From the NCBI GenBank assembly GCA_039096225.1, contig JBBPEB010000028.1, positions 62,001-126,000 on the forward strand: a stretch of DNA of 64,000 bases, read 5' to 3'. This DNA is from Blastocystis sp. Blastoise. Lineage: Eukaryota > Protista > Bigyra: Opalinata. Positions within the stretch are counted from its first letter, which is position 1. Each line of letters starts with the position of its first letter. Made by a program: the position numbers and the translations under genes. The notes under the pieces are model-generated. The model was not told the DNA's origin. It ran no database searches and worked only from the letters and a program-made list of their open reading frames with translations. Of the stretch, positions 28,601 to 45,767 are shown in pieces.

Positions 28601-29937
28601 CTGGAGGTAGTCTCAATCCTATTAGTATATCTCCTCCTCTTCCTGATGGACTACTATTTAATACTGAAAATGGTCAAATATATGGTACACCTACTACTTC
28701 TTCTTCTGGTTCTTATGTTATCACTGTATCTAATGCTAGAGGAAAAGATAATGTTGTTATTAATATTATTATTAATATTTATAATTGTATAATGGATGAT
28801 ATATGGCCTATTACAGAAGCTGGAGAACAAGTTACTTTACCTTGTGAAGATCCTATTAATTATGAAGGATTTAGAACTAGATTATGTAAACTTGAGTATC
28901 CTGCTGTTTGGGAAGATGCCGTTAATAATTGTCAATTAAAGATGCCTTCAATTTCTTATAATACAAATACGATTATTGGATATAAAGATGATATTATTAC
29001 TCCTGCTTTTGCTGCTATTACTGGTGGTGGTCTCAATCCTATTACTATATCTCCTTCTCTTCCTGATGGATTAATATTTAATACTCAAAATGGCTTTATA
29101 TATGGTATTCCTACTTCAGCTTCTTCTAATAGTTATACTATTACTGTTTCTAATGCAAGAGGAGAATCTACTGCTACTATTACTATTACTATAATTATTG
29201 TTAATTGTCCTTCTGATGATAATTGGCCTATTACTGAACGAGGTATAACTGCTTATATTGAATGTGGTTCTGGTCAATCTGGTATTCAAAGTCGTGTTTG
29301 TCAAAATACAGGTGTTGGTACTGCTTCTTGGCAAGTTGCTGATAGTTCTGAATGTTATATATTTATTGTTAACGAAGATCCTGGTGAGAATAAAGTATTT
29401 ATTACTGTTCCTATGAGACTTGAAGGATTATCTGAGAGTGTTTTTAATACTCCTTCTACAATAGAAACCTTTAGAATACTTATTATTCAGTCACTTAGTG
29501 TTTATTCTATTCCTTCTTCTGGTGTAAAGATTATTAGTGTTTCTAGTGACTCTTCTTCTACTAATGGTGTTTCCGTTAGTATAAGAATCACTGCTAATAA
29601 ATCGGATGAAGATAATATAAAGAATGATATAAGCATTCTTTTTACAGGTATTGATTCTATTCTTCTAAAGTTATTCAAAACAAGTGATGATTCGAATCTT
29701 AACACTATTACTGGTATTTCAATCAATGGGAAAATAGTATCCAGTGGTAATTCTCTTTCAGTTACAACGATTATTCTTATTGTTGTTATTATTATTCTTA
29801 TTATATTGTTGATTCTAGTATTTGTTCTCAAGAATATAAAGAAAGAAAAGGAAGAAAAGAAAGACAAGAAATTACAACCTCATAAAAAAACACCTGAAAT
29901 TGAAACTGTTAAAGTTGAAAAACCTGTTATTTTGTAA
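22643..29937 (+). CDS. Large type I cell-surface protein (~2,100 aa): signal peptide, galactose-binding/F5-8C-like domains, He_PIG Ig-like repeats, HRM-like Cys modules, TM
   Basis: Six small 5' exons splice into the 1928-aa ORF. Motifs: PxxWxLxGSxD (x3), ISPxLPxGLxFNxxxGxIxGTP (x6), CxxDxxWPxTxxGxxAxxxC...R-C...W...C (x4-5), and a C-terminal hydrophobic helix followed by a Lys-rich tail. Confidence 0.85.
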
Positions 29938-30435
29938 TTCTTTTTTTCTTGTTTTTATATTTATTATTATTTGAATGTGTTCATACTTAATATATTAGTT
30001 TTGATTTCTTTGTTTTTTGTTTAGTTGCTTTTTTATATAATTTATAAATAATTGATAAGCAGTGCTTTTCAATATAACTGTACAGAATTGTCAATTGTCA
30101 CTAAAATTTGTACCAATATTTTTTTTTGAGAGTATTATTTTATATTTATGGATCCAGTAAAGTGAAGTTTGGTTGAAAATGACCTGTTGTTGTCATGAAA
30201 AATGCTACAAAAGAGAAGAAGGTTTTCTTTAAATTTTTTTATTTTCATTAATTAATAGTTGCTGAATATAAGATAATCTTTTGTTAACTAATTATTGTTA
30301 TCATAGAAATATGCGGAGTAAAAAAAATTGATAATGAACACAATATATAAAAATATATAAAGAACACATGATAAATAGAGAACATCCAATAAACAAGAAG
30401 AAAAGAGAAGAAGAAGAAATGAATTATAGGTCAAT

Positions 30436-32049
<1,614 letters not shown>

Positions 32050-32243
32050 AACGAATTTTATTAAATATTATAAATGATTATTAATAAATATATAAAAAAA
32101 TATTTTGACCAAAAAATTTTATATTTTTGGTTATTTGACTTGTTACTAGTCAACAATTGAAAAAAAAGTTGGTTATTTGTTATTTAAACAAAGAATTATT
32201 TTTCATTGTTTCTTTATAGTTTCATTTAATTAGATAACTATTT

Positions 32244-33285
32244 ATGGATAAAAATAATTCAAACACTACAGAGAACAAATCGTATGATACAAATCTAGTC
32301 TTTTATTCAATTTACTGTTTCTAGTACACTCCATCAATGGGAAAATGAAGATGTAGGACATGAATTTGGATTCAAATACTCAATTAGAGTCTATGCAATA
32401 CTAATTCCAACGTTAATTGCTATTTATCAAAAGAAATATCCTTTGTATTTGGTTTAACACTCTTCTTTATAATTTTATTTTTATGTAGTTACTTGGGTGT
32501 ATCTTTGATGACATCTCTGTTTTCAAGAGCATTCTTAAAAACAAAATATCGGAAAATGTATTTATTTTTTTAATTATTATTAGTTTATAATGTTTAAATA
32601 TTTTATTTTATATCTAGAATTTACATTTTACATTTTGTTAAATCTATTATTTGTCATATATTGTGTTTTACGAACTACTTTTCTCCAGACTCGTAAGTAC
32701 TTTAATAATTGTGTTTTTTAAGTTTATTTTACTATAATAATTTTATAGATCTCTGTTTTTGGTTTTACTGGAAACAATTTGTGTTATTTGTTCAGGTATT
32801 TATAAATAATAGTATTTATATATAATTATTATGTTTATATAGAAATTCATTCGTTAATTCATTATTATCAAATACTAACTATAAAAACATTCGCAGTATA
32901 TTTGACATATTATTAATTATGTTATTTATAATAATAATATGATATTATTTATAATATATATTATATAGATATTTGAGCGTTTTCTAATGCTTATGACTCC
33001 CTTTGTGTGTTCGATATATTTATCATTAAGAATGTCATTCGTTGTTCATACTTATATTTATATCCCTTTCTATCTGGTTCTCTTTATGACTATAGGTATA
33101 TATATAATATATATTTAAATAAATATAAATGTTTATTTAGTTTTTATTTATAAATATAATTATCTTTTTATCAAATCTACACTATTAGTAATATATGTAT
33201 ATATATAGGATTATTTCTAACGATAACTCCTTTAACTCAATCGAATCATTCTTCAACTATTATCAAATCATCCACTGTTACTACT

Positions 33286-33321
<36 letters not shown>

Positions 33322-34543
33322 CATATTTCTTAATTATTATTATTATATATATATAGTTAATATGATATTGCCACCTATATACATTCTTCTTTACCAAACG
33401 GCATATATTCTCTTTCCTCTTCTTACTTATTTAGCTATATATATTACTTCATTTCCTTATGCACCTCTATATAAATACAATTTCTTTCTACTTCTCTCTT
33501 TTATTCTACTTATTATATTCATATTCCAGTTCAGAATATCTATACCTATTTTTAGTATGTTTATTTTAGTATATTTATTCTGTTTTTTTTTTTGTATAAG
33601 TAATATATTCATTTAATAAATAATAATAAAATCACTTATTTTTATAAATATTCTATATATATATATATATAGATTCAATTTCGTTTATCAATCGATATAT
33701 GTATATTGGCTTTTATATAATTCTCTCTCTCTTTTTCTCTTCCTGTTTATGTATATTGGGTATATATCTTAATGAAAACTTTTTTATTAATACTTATATT
33801 AATAATAATATACTCATTATTACCGTGGGAATCCTTCTTATCATGTTTATCCCTTATTCCTTTTCTATTAAAGCAAATAAAAAGTATATAATATATAATA
33901 TATAATATATAATATATAATATATATTATATATTATATATTATATACATAGACCTTCAACTCCATTTTATGCCTTAGTATTACTTCTTTTTGCAGCTACT
34001 TTATATATATATATCATGAGACCCTCTTTTCTTCTTATTCCTGTTATATATCTATTTGTATATACAGTCAATCATTTCATATATTATCAAAGAACAAAAG
34101 TATTCTTATAATATATAATATATAATATATAATATATATATATATATAGGACTTTATTTTTTCTATATGTATTTTCTCCATATTAATTATAAAGGCAATA
34201 TATAATAATATGACTTTTATCAAGTATATATATATATATACTTATTATAGAAATAAATAAATTAATATATATATATATATATTCTCATTATATAGAAATA
34301 CCATGAGCTATAATCAATCCTATCTTGCTATATATATATCTTTATTCATTCTTAGTACAATTCCTCTTACTCTTCTTAGTATATATATATATTTTTTATG
34401 ATTGTAAAATATTTATTTATATATATAGGTATATTATTAGTAAAGAGATATATTCATTTTCTACCTCCTCTTCTCTTATTATATTTATGTACTTATTCCG
34501 TTGTCGAATACTCTATTCTATTAAATTATCATAACTCTAAATC

Positions 34544-34589
<46 letters not shown>

Positions 34590-35117
34590 GTTAGTTCCTC
34601 TATATCTATCTTCTTTGTCCTTACTACTTCATCTATTATCATCTACATATCTTCAAAGTATATATATATATAATTAATATATTAAATCTATATATATAAT
34701 CTATATAAATATCTATATATATATTAATCTGCTTATATAGACTATATTCGTCTTCTCTTCTTTCTCCTTTATATATTCTTCTATATATAACATTAGCTCT
34801 TACTAAAACCATTACTACTCTTACTCTTGATATATATACTATAATCCATCTCGGTCTATTTCTCTTATTCACATTATATCCTATTTCTCTCTATATATAT
34901 ACTCCTAATGATTATGTCTCAAATGTTTATAATCCACATAACAGACAATTTCAATATATATTCTTACATCCATTACAAAATATATATAAGAATTATATAT
35001 ATATATTCCTTCTTCTTCTCTATTTCTATATATTATATACGAATAAACTATTTATTTCATTTATTTATTATAAATTATTTGGAGAAACACCAGAAACTTC
35101 TCGATTATGGGGTATAT

Positions 35118-35148
<31 letters not shown>

Positions 35149-37028
35149 TACATTGTTTAGTAGTATTCTATTTATATTATTGTTTGTCTTTATACTAAGA
35201 GTAATATATTATATATATGTTAATTCTATATAGGTATATTATTCCTCTTTATGTTTGTGTATTGTCTTCTTCTTTCTCCTCTTTCTTCTTCTCCTCTCTA
35301 TTTATTTATTAACCGATCGGCATTTGTTCTCTTTATACTCTCCTTGTTTTTCATCTTCTTTAAGCTTGATTTCAGCTACACACATTTATTAGAATCTATT
35401 ATGAATACCATTACTCAACAATATATACCCAAAGATCCATTCCATTCTCAGTATATATATATATATAATTATTGATCTTTTAGTAAAGAATTATAATATA
35501 AAAATATATTCTTTATTATCGTTTATATATGTGTTTATACTTTTCTCTCTCTAAATATATATATATATATTTAATTCTTATATACGTAAATATTTTTTTT
35601 TTCAATATATATATATATATAGACCGTTATGGACATTATATCTTCTTCTTCTAACTATATTTATCTTCATTTCTCTCCTATTCTCTCTTATTCCTACTCC
35701 CTCCTTGACTTCTACTATTGTTATTTCTATTCTTCTTTCTATACTTCTCTCTCTATCTCTATCGGGTATATTTCTACCTCCTTCTCTTCCTCTATATCTA
35801 TTAATGACGGCATTCACGTGCATACTCTCTCTTCTTATCTCTTTCTCTTCAAAAATATCAATTTATATCCCTTATAAAGTCATTCCTCTACTGTATTTAC
35901 TATATCTATATATATTATTAATGTTCCATTATACTCTATAAAATTAATATTCATTATATATAGAATTAATTTTCATTATATACAATTAATAATCATTATA
36001 TATATAATTTATATTTATTATATATATAATTAATAATCATATTACATATATATTTATTCTCTAGTTATGTATCCCTTCTTTGTGTCTATTTCTTCTCTAT
36101 TATTCTCTCAATATACCTATTTCAATGGTATCCTTTTCAAGATAATATTGGTATATATATATTTATTTATAGTTTTATTCATTTATATATTTATTTATTT
36201 ATATATTTTTTTTAATTATAAAGAATATTTAAAATATTTAAAACATCTAAAAGATTTCAAATATTTAATAATAATATGTTTATGATACTATATTTTATAT
36301 AGATTATTTACAAGTTTCCTTAACAACATTCGTTACTATTTACACTATTCTATTATATATATATATAATTATAACAAAATATATTCAAAATAAAATCTTT
36401 GATACTACTGTATATATATATATAATAATCTTTATTCTATATACATATATAGCCCTATCATTTTATGTCTTCAAAATATCAGCGTTTAATGTCGAATATT
36501 TCATGTGTATTTATATATTGTTCGTTAATCCTTTATATTCTCTATTCAAAAAGTTCTTCTTATCTTCTTCTTCTCCTCTCTTCTGGTACATTCTTTTTAT
36601 TACAACAAGACCCATTCTTCTTCAAACAAATGAATAAAATGAATTATTTATTATACGTTATTCCTGCATATTTGCTAGCTCTTCTCTTTCATAGTCTCTC
36701 TCAAATGACTATGTTAAAACCAGGGTTATTCAGTGATTCCTATTATGAATTCTTCTCCTATTTCTTTGGAAATACTATTTTTAGAAAGATTTATAGTTTA
36801 ATTTGTTATTCCTTTTGTCTTCCTTCTTTTGTCAATTTATATATGTATATACAAGGATATATTCCATCTGATTATCTAAATGTTATTATCGGCTGTATTA
36901 TGGCTATTATTGCTTTATTCACAGAAATTACCGCCATTCGAATTACTGCATTCTCAGGAATATTTATCTCTTTATATCTATATTATATTCTCAAAAAAAT
37001 CTATTTAGAAGGATTAAGATATTTATAA
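32244..37028 (+). CDS. NEF1: Multi-pass membrane protein, homologue of plant NO EXINE FORMATION 1 (about 20 exons)
   Basis: Spliced model gives FKYSIRVYAILIP near the N-terminus, FERFLMLMTPF, LLQQDPFF and terminal EGLRYL*. These are collinear with recalled Arabidopsis NEF1 motifs (FAYNGRIAIALVP, LERLLFACVPF, LLNQDSDF, KGLRYI*). Some internal exons are approximate. Confidence 0.7.
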
Positions 37029-37934
37029 TCATTATATGTATTTATTAATAAGATTTTTCTATTTTCTATTTTCTTTTCTTTTTTCTTCTTTTATGATTGT
37101 TCTGAAATTCTTTTTTTATGTGACTTATTTTAATTATAAACAAAAACATAGTTTTTGTTTATATGTGTTTTGCTTTTATATATTCTTTATTATCAGAATA
37201 TACATGTTTTTTTTAAATCATTTGTATAATAGAAACATGATTAATGGAGAAATGAAGGAAGAAACATATATATTTGAAATAATAGTTATATAATGTGTAA
37301 TATGTTTTAATAAAACATATAAATAAATGATAATGATAAAACTAGAGTTCTATAAACCAGAAAAATAGTAGTATATTGAAATATATATTATTTAGGTAAA
37401 GAGTTTCAAAGAAACTCACAATATGTAGGATATAGACTTAAAGATGCTTCTTCATATAAATGACAGTAGTTTCGTATTAATTTGAATTTTTCTAATGAAT
37501 AGTAAATGAAATAAAATACATAGCGATAAGCAAATATGAGAATCACCTGATTTTCCTTCATTCTATAAAAAAAAACTTAAAGGATCATCATTTTTATTTT
37601 ATAGATAGATTTTAAAAACTACATTATATTCATAAACAATCCATTAGACTTATTGAATAACTTTAATGAGTGAAAAATTTGTTACATATCTTATGTATGC
37701 ATGATAACACATTTAAACATTGATTCATAAGATGTCACAGTGCTTCCAAAGATATATGATAAATCTAAAGATATAATAATCATAACTTTGATTAATAATG
37801 ATAATTTTAAAAAATAAAAAATATTTTTGAAAAAATAATCTTTGTGACACAAATCGGAAAGAATATTCACGGATATATTTTTAAAATTTTGTTTTAGAAA
37901 GATAACTTGAATATTTCTATTAGGATTCCTTATT

Positions 37935-39453
37935 ATGGTATATAGTGTTATTACAAGTGAGTTGATTCATGTTAAACATTCTTTAGGAGGTTATTCAACA
38001 GCTTCATTCAGGTCATAAAGAGTTTATTAACGATACTGCTTTTGATTATTATATGAAAAGGATGGCTTCATGTTCAGCTGATGGTATGATTTGTATATGG
38101 AGAAAAGATGGCAATAATCAATGGGTTTTTGAGAATTCTATCAAAGCTCATACTTCCCTTATCAGTAAGATTGAATGGGCTCATCCTATATTTGGTAGTA
38201 TGCTTGTTGCTTGTTTATATAATTCTGGATTTAAGTTATTTGAAGAACAAGTAAGTTTTGATGGATCTTCTTCTTGGAATTGTGTTTATGAGTCTTGTAG
38301 AAATTTAAAATCTCCTTGTGATGTATCATTCTGTCCACACAAGTTTGGTCTTAAAATTGTAATTATTTAAATATTAATTCTTTTAACATGTTGTTTATAT
38401 ATATATATAAATTTTTTTGTTATTAATATTAAAAAAATATGAATAATTTTTATAATTTATATGTTTATAAATTAGTTATTCTTATTATATAATTATACAT
38501 AGGCGACAGCTACATTAGAAGGAAAGATATTAATTGAAAGTCCTCTGAATTCTATAAATGAGACTTGGACTACTATGAGTACAATTCGATTAGATTCTGA
38601 GTGTTATTGTATTTCGTGGTCTAAAGATATACGTCAGGAAGATATGACGATTGCAGTAGGAACAAAACAAGATGCACAAGTATCTAGATTAATTATTTAT
38701 ATATGATTATTTATATTATGGGTATTCTATTATTTATATATGATTCTATTTTTTTTATATTATTGGTATTCTATTCTTTATATATTATTGGTATTCTGTT
38801 ATTTATATATTATATATATTCTTTATATTCTTTATATATAACTTATATTCTTTATATATAACTTATATTCTTTATATATAACTTATATGAATAGATATGG
38901 AGTTTAGATCACACTACTAATGAATGGAAGCAATTATATATTCTTAAAGGACACGGGGGTATTGTTCGTTCTGTTTCTTGGGCTAATAATATTGGGCATA
39001 GCTTTGAAAGAATTGCTACTGGCTGTTCTGTATATATTATTATTATTATTATATATTATTATTATTATTACATTTTTATCTTTATTATATATCTTTATTA
39101 TATATACATTAAATATAGGATGGATTGGTTCGTATATATGAAATAGATCAAAATGGTGCTACTCTTAAAGCATCTTTAGAAGGACATAAAAAACCAGTAT
39201 ATACTCTTAATATTTAGTATAGTATCATTTTATATAAATTATAGGTATGGAAAGTTGAATGGAATGTTACTGGAACATTACTTGCAAGTTCTGGAGATAA
39301 TAATTCTGTCCGTATTTGGAAACAAAAGTCAGATGTATATATATATATAATTATTATGCTTATCTATCAATTAAAAATATCTATATCTTATAGAAAAGTT
39401 GGTATTGTTGTTCTGAAGTAACAAACAATAAACCTGATATAGTCTCAAAATAA
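37935..39453 (+). CDS. SEH1: WD40 nucleoporin/GATOR2 subunit Seh1, 7 exons
   Basis: [47 protein letters not shown] and [18 protein letters not shown] fit Seh1 better than Sec13. An intron follows the ATG directly. Confidence 0.82.
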
Positions 39454-40034
39454 GAATATAAATTATATAAAACCATAACTATTTATTATTTAAATAAAAA
39501 AATCTTTTCTTCTTTTTCATTCATTTTTATAAATTAATAACGTGTTTTTATTTATTTATAACTCTTCTACAATTCATACATGTCATATAAATATGTTTAT
39601 TTTAAAAAAATAATACTAACAATCCAACGATTACCATTCTGATGTTCTAAAATGCTTTTCAAGAAAATTATTCATATTATTCACAATCCTTGTATCTAAA
39701 TAAATTACGAAGAATTAGTCGAGTCCAACAATAAATGAAGAAAACAGAAGAATGAATTCCAAAATTCTTGAATATTCCAAATAAAAGATATGTGGGAAGA
39801 ATGTGGACATTTTCATGAGAAAAGGATAATTTATGGTAGGAAAGCGTTTTATGGGTAGATGCATATTTAATGGAGAATAAAATAAAAAGAGCAGGATTCT
39901 AAAGAAAAACCACGAATCTTAAAATGAATTCATAAATAAGATGAGTGCGTCATTGTCATTTTAGAAGCCATAGAAATTTGGGATGAGTTGTTTTTTTTGG
40001 ACATAAACAATTTTTATATATTAATTATTGAAAT

Positions 40035-41644
<1,610 letters not shown>

Positions 41645-41890
41645 ATCTAGATGTCTGTAACATTTATTAATATACTTTATCTTTCTTGTTTTGTTTACAG
41701 AATTTTTTTGTTTTTTGTATATAATAAAATTATTTTTTAAACATGAAGAGATAATGTTATTATAGTTGTATATATCTTATAAATAATGGATGTTTCTTGT
41801 GTTCATGATAATAGGAATATAAATTGATAACAAAAACCAATTTATAATGAACACCACATATATAATTGACAGATAACATAATTATTGACT

Positions 41891-42747
41891 TTACTTGAAT
41901 ACATTCGTATTAAGAGGAGCTTTCTTATTAAGAACTCTACTGAAATCTCTTTGTTTAATACAACGACAAGCTCCTTTAGCGGCAGTCGTCTTATTTGTCT
42001 CTACAGGCTTACCCTATATATATATAAACAATAATTATATCATAAATAATACATATATAGAAGAATACTTTAGTACTTGTAAAAGAACCAAATCCCATAA
42101 TAGCAGCTATATCTAATTCACCATCTTCTAAATATTATATATATAAATAAATAAATATTGTTTCTAAAAAAATATAAATATAAATATCATATATAAATAA
42201 ATATAAATATCATATATAAATAAATATAAATTCATATATAAATAAATATAAATATCATATATAAATAAAAAAATATCATATATAAAACATATACCAGTTG
42301 TTGGATTCACTGGTTTCTTTGAAATTTCTTTTTTTTCAACTTTTCTTGTATAAAAATCTCTATAGAACTATTATAATAAATTATAAACACATAAATTACT
42401 TTTCATTTGATCTAAAATCTGTTTCACTAAAGAAATAAGTTTATATAGTATATCATTTATTGATATAAAAACTAAAAAAAACAAACAATATATATATACG
42501 TTTCAGAACGACGATACGAAGAACTTCTGGATCTTGAACGACGACGATACTCTTCATTATCACGATATCTTCTTGAATTACGAGAAGAACTACGACGTTT
42601 ATCTCTTGAATCACTTCTTCTTCGTGAAGAATAACGATCACCTCCATCACGATAATCTGAATTTCTACTAACTCTTCGCTCATAACGATCTCTTGATCTA
42701 CGTCTAGATCGAGAACGTGATCTAGATATACTTCTGTCTCTAGGCAT
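41891..42747 (-). CDS. SNRNP27: U4/U6.U5 tri-snRNP 27K protein, 5 exons
   Basis: RS-rich N-terminus, and C-terminal IAAIMGFGSFTSTK|GKPV...IKQRDFSRVLNKK matching the family MGFxxFxSTKGK motif. Confidence 0.85.
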
Positions 42748-43430
42748 AAGAAAAGTAAGTGAATAGAGTTAAAAGAAATATTTTTGTAAATAATAAGGAA
42801 TAAAAGTGTTTTTATAGAGTAATAAATATTTTTTCATAAAAATTATTAAAACTTATTTCAAAAGAAATATTGCTTAGCAATTTGCTTGAGCAAAAACATG
42901 ATTGCTGGAAATGTTCTTAAGTTTTTGAATTGCTATTTAATATATATACATTATGTTTGATTATATATTATTATGATCAATATCATTAAAACAGTTTAAT
43001 ACATAATATTAATGCTTTAATTGTCTCTAAAATATTGTTTTTATAACCTTGATGTTCATTTACATTGTCCTTAAAGCAGATTAAATATCTAATTATATGG
43101 AAATAATCATAATAAGATGATAGGCATATCTTATAATAAAGTAGTATATAATATTTAAACTCCTTTTTCTCATTCATATGTTTATATTGATGCTCGTTAT
43201 GTCAAACAACAAGAGTCATTATATCAAAAAACCACATAGGTAATTTATCATTAATTAGGTAATAAATTAAATCTATTTATCCCTTTTTAGTAATTCATCT
43301 GTTTTATTCTTATTTTTAATTATATTAATGATATATTTAGCCTTTAAAGTATCTCAAAATAATAATAAAAACAAAACAACGATTGAAATGATTATTCAAC
43401 AAAGAACAAACATCAGAACAAAGAATAGTT

Positions 43431-44238
43431 TTATTCGTTACTACTATGAATATCAATAAGTCTTTGAGACATTTGTTTATCAGCAAATTGTTCTCTCTTC
43501 TTCTTATTACAGAAACATAAGAACTTTGTACTGTATGAATTTGCTAATAAAGAGAATAGCAAGATAATAGCAAAGAAAAAAATTGCAAATCCAAATATAA
43601 TACTTAAATAATTTGGAATAACAGTAATACAATTCTTCAGTAAATGTGAAGAATTTTTACAATTTGCACCTGTCTTTAATTCATTTAAATCTCCAAAACC
43701 ACAACATTCAAAATTATCCTGAATAAGAATCCAATTTGAAGGATTTGTAGTAAATATTTTCTTTATTCCAGTGAACAATACACTGAATTCTGCAGTACCA
43801 CTTCCTGACTCCTTTATATACATAATGTTATTTATAATTTATAGACTATTGAATCATATAAAAGAAAAATCAAATAAGAATGAATATATATATATATATA
43901 TCATTATATACAGATTTAAATGATATAATCATAGCAAAACACATTAACATTGCAAAGCAAGAGAGAAACATAACGAAAAGGATCATATAAGAATAGATAA
44001 CATTGAACCAATAGTATTGTCTTAAAGTGCATCCAATAATACTTGTAATAAAGACATCAAAACTATATTCTAAAAGTAAAGATAAATATCCACGTATAGG
44101 AACAAGAATAGCATTTGAGAAATCACTAGTATCATCAATTAGCTTTATACATCCACTAATACAATCGAAGGAGAAGAAGAATAATATGATGTTATACACC
44201 AAGTATTTATCTTTACAACAATTCTTACAACAACTCAT
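43431..44238 (-). CDS. Tetraspanin-family protein A, 2 exons
   Basis: MSCCKNCCKDKYL N-terminus, three N-terminal TMs, EC2 with W..IQDNFECCG plus further Cys, and a fourth TM. Confidence 0.85.
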
Positions 44239-45012
44239 TTTGACCGTTTTCAACTGAAAAAAAAAATGGAAATAGGACCAGATACACAGATCAACAAATA
44301 AAATATATTTGAAAATATATATAACTCATTCTATTTTGATATTTTTATATCTTTATGATAAAAATTAAAAATATACTTTAAGAACATTTATTATCATTAT
44401 TATTTTGAAAAAAAAAATTATTTTTTATCTTTTTACTAGGTCACTTTTTGAGTGAGTTTAATGTTATTTTGAAATTATTACTAATTAGATCGAATCAATA
44501 ATCATTCCTGTATGTATTAAAATATGTATTTTCAAGCCCCAATTGTATTATTATATTTTGAAAAATGAGATAATTTGTTATTTACATATGAAATCGTAGT
44601 GGTAGTGTATATCTTATAATGTTGATGGCATTGAAAACAAGAAAAAGACAATTTAAGGATAATTATTTCGATAATTATTGTTTTGGGGAGTCCATAGATA
44701 TTGTAAGCATATTTATTTAGACTATAAATGTATTGACAATTAATATAAAGATGATAAAAGTGTAATTTAAACGATTTGTTTTAATTATTTGAAGATTTCA
44801 TCGTTATTAGTTAGTCAGAATGTCCAATATTATGGCAAATTAATTATATATACCTCGGTATATTATTAAAATAAAAAATTAAGGATAAGATTCAATATTT
44901 TTTACAAAACTCAATTATCTCTGTTAAACAATGAATACAAGTTAATATATCAATAAATGATATATATAAAGAAAGAATGCATTTCAGTGATAGAAAATTG
45001 AATTAAAGTACA

Positions 45013-45767
45013 TTAAAGAAGTGTTTGTTTAAGTACTTTACTATTCATTTCTTTTTTATTCTTCAATGAAGAATTGAAAACATTACATGAAGAAACTAAT
45101 AGCATTATACATAGAACAGAATAAGCAAGAGCGAAGAGTAGAAGAACAACGGAAATCTTATTCAAAAATGAATAACTGACAAGCATACAATTTGTATATA
45201 ATTGTTGTGTACAAGCTGCTCCTGTCATTAGTTCAATTGAATTTCCGCATCCACAACATTAAAATGAGTCTTGAAGATCAATCCAACCTTGAGGCATAAA
45301 AGTATATATGATTTCTGCAGAAGAAGCAATGAACTCTCCAATTATGTTTTCATCAGTCATATCCTATATAAATCGAACAAATATATATGAAATCATTAGA
45401 TATATATAGGATTGGCATGATATAGTAATTTATAATTATATACGACTTGAAGCATAACGATGATTACGATAATACCTAAAACAAGAAAACAAGATACAAT
45501 TACTTCTCCAATAACTAAATAAGAGAAGAAACAAGCCATTGGAGTATATTTGAGTGCAGATAATCCAAAAATACCAAAAACAATCAGATTTAATCCTGTT
45601 TCTAGAATAGATAGAATTTCTTTTCGAAGGGCTAATATAGCTACAGACATGAGGAAACTGTCATTTTGCATGATAACGAGATAAGCAATGATAGTTACTA
45701 TTCCAAGAATGATGAGAAAAATACTCACTGATTTGATGTAACCTTGATCAAACTTTTTTAAAGACAT
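45013..45767 (-). pseudogene. Tetraspanin-family protein B with in-frame TAA (pseudogene, null allele or sequence error)
   Basis: Same 4-TM layout and same intron position as paralogue A. It reads W..LQDSF*CCG, with TAA at 45259-45261. Confidence 0.65.

Noticed and set aside
32436-32444. ATATCCTTT U12-like donor in NEF1 exon 2
   Set aside because: A same-phase GT donor follows immediately and there is no U12 branch near the acceptor, so the U2 model is sufficient.
45259-45261. TAA reassigned to an amino acid (ciliate-like code)
   Set aside because: TAA terminates conserved genes at their expected ends (LSM3, ENO, RPN7, ERH), and I found no other in-frame TAA in the spliced models.
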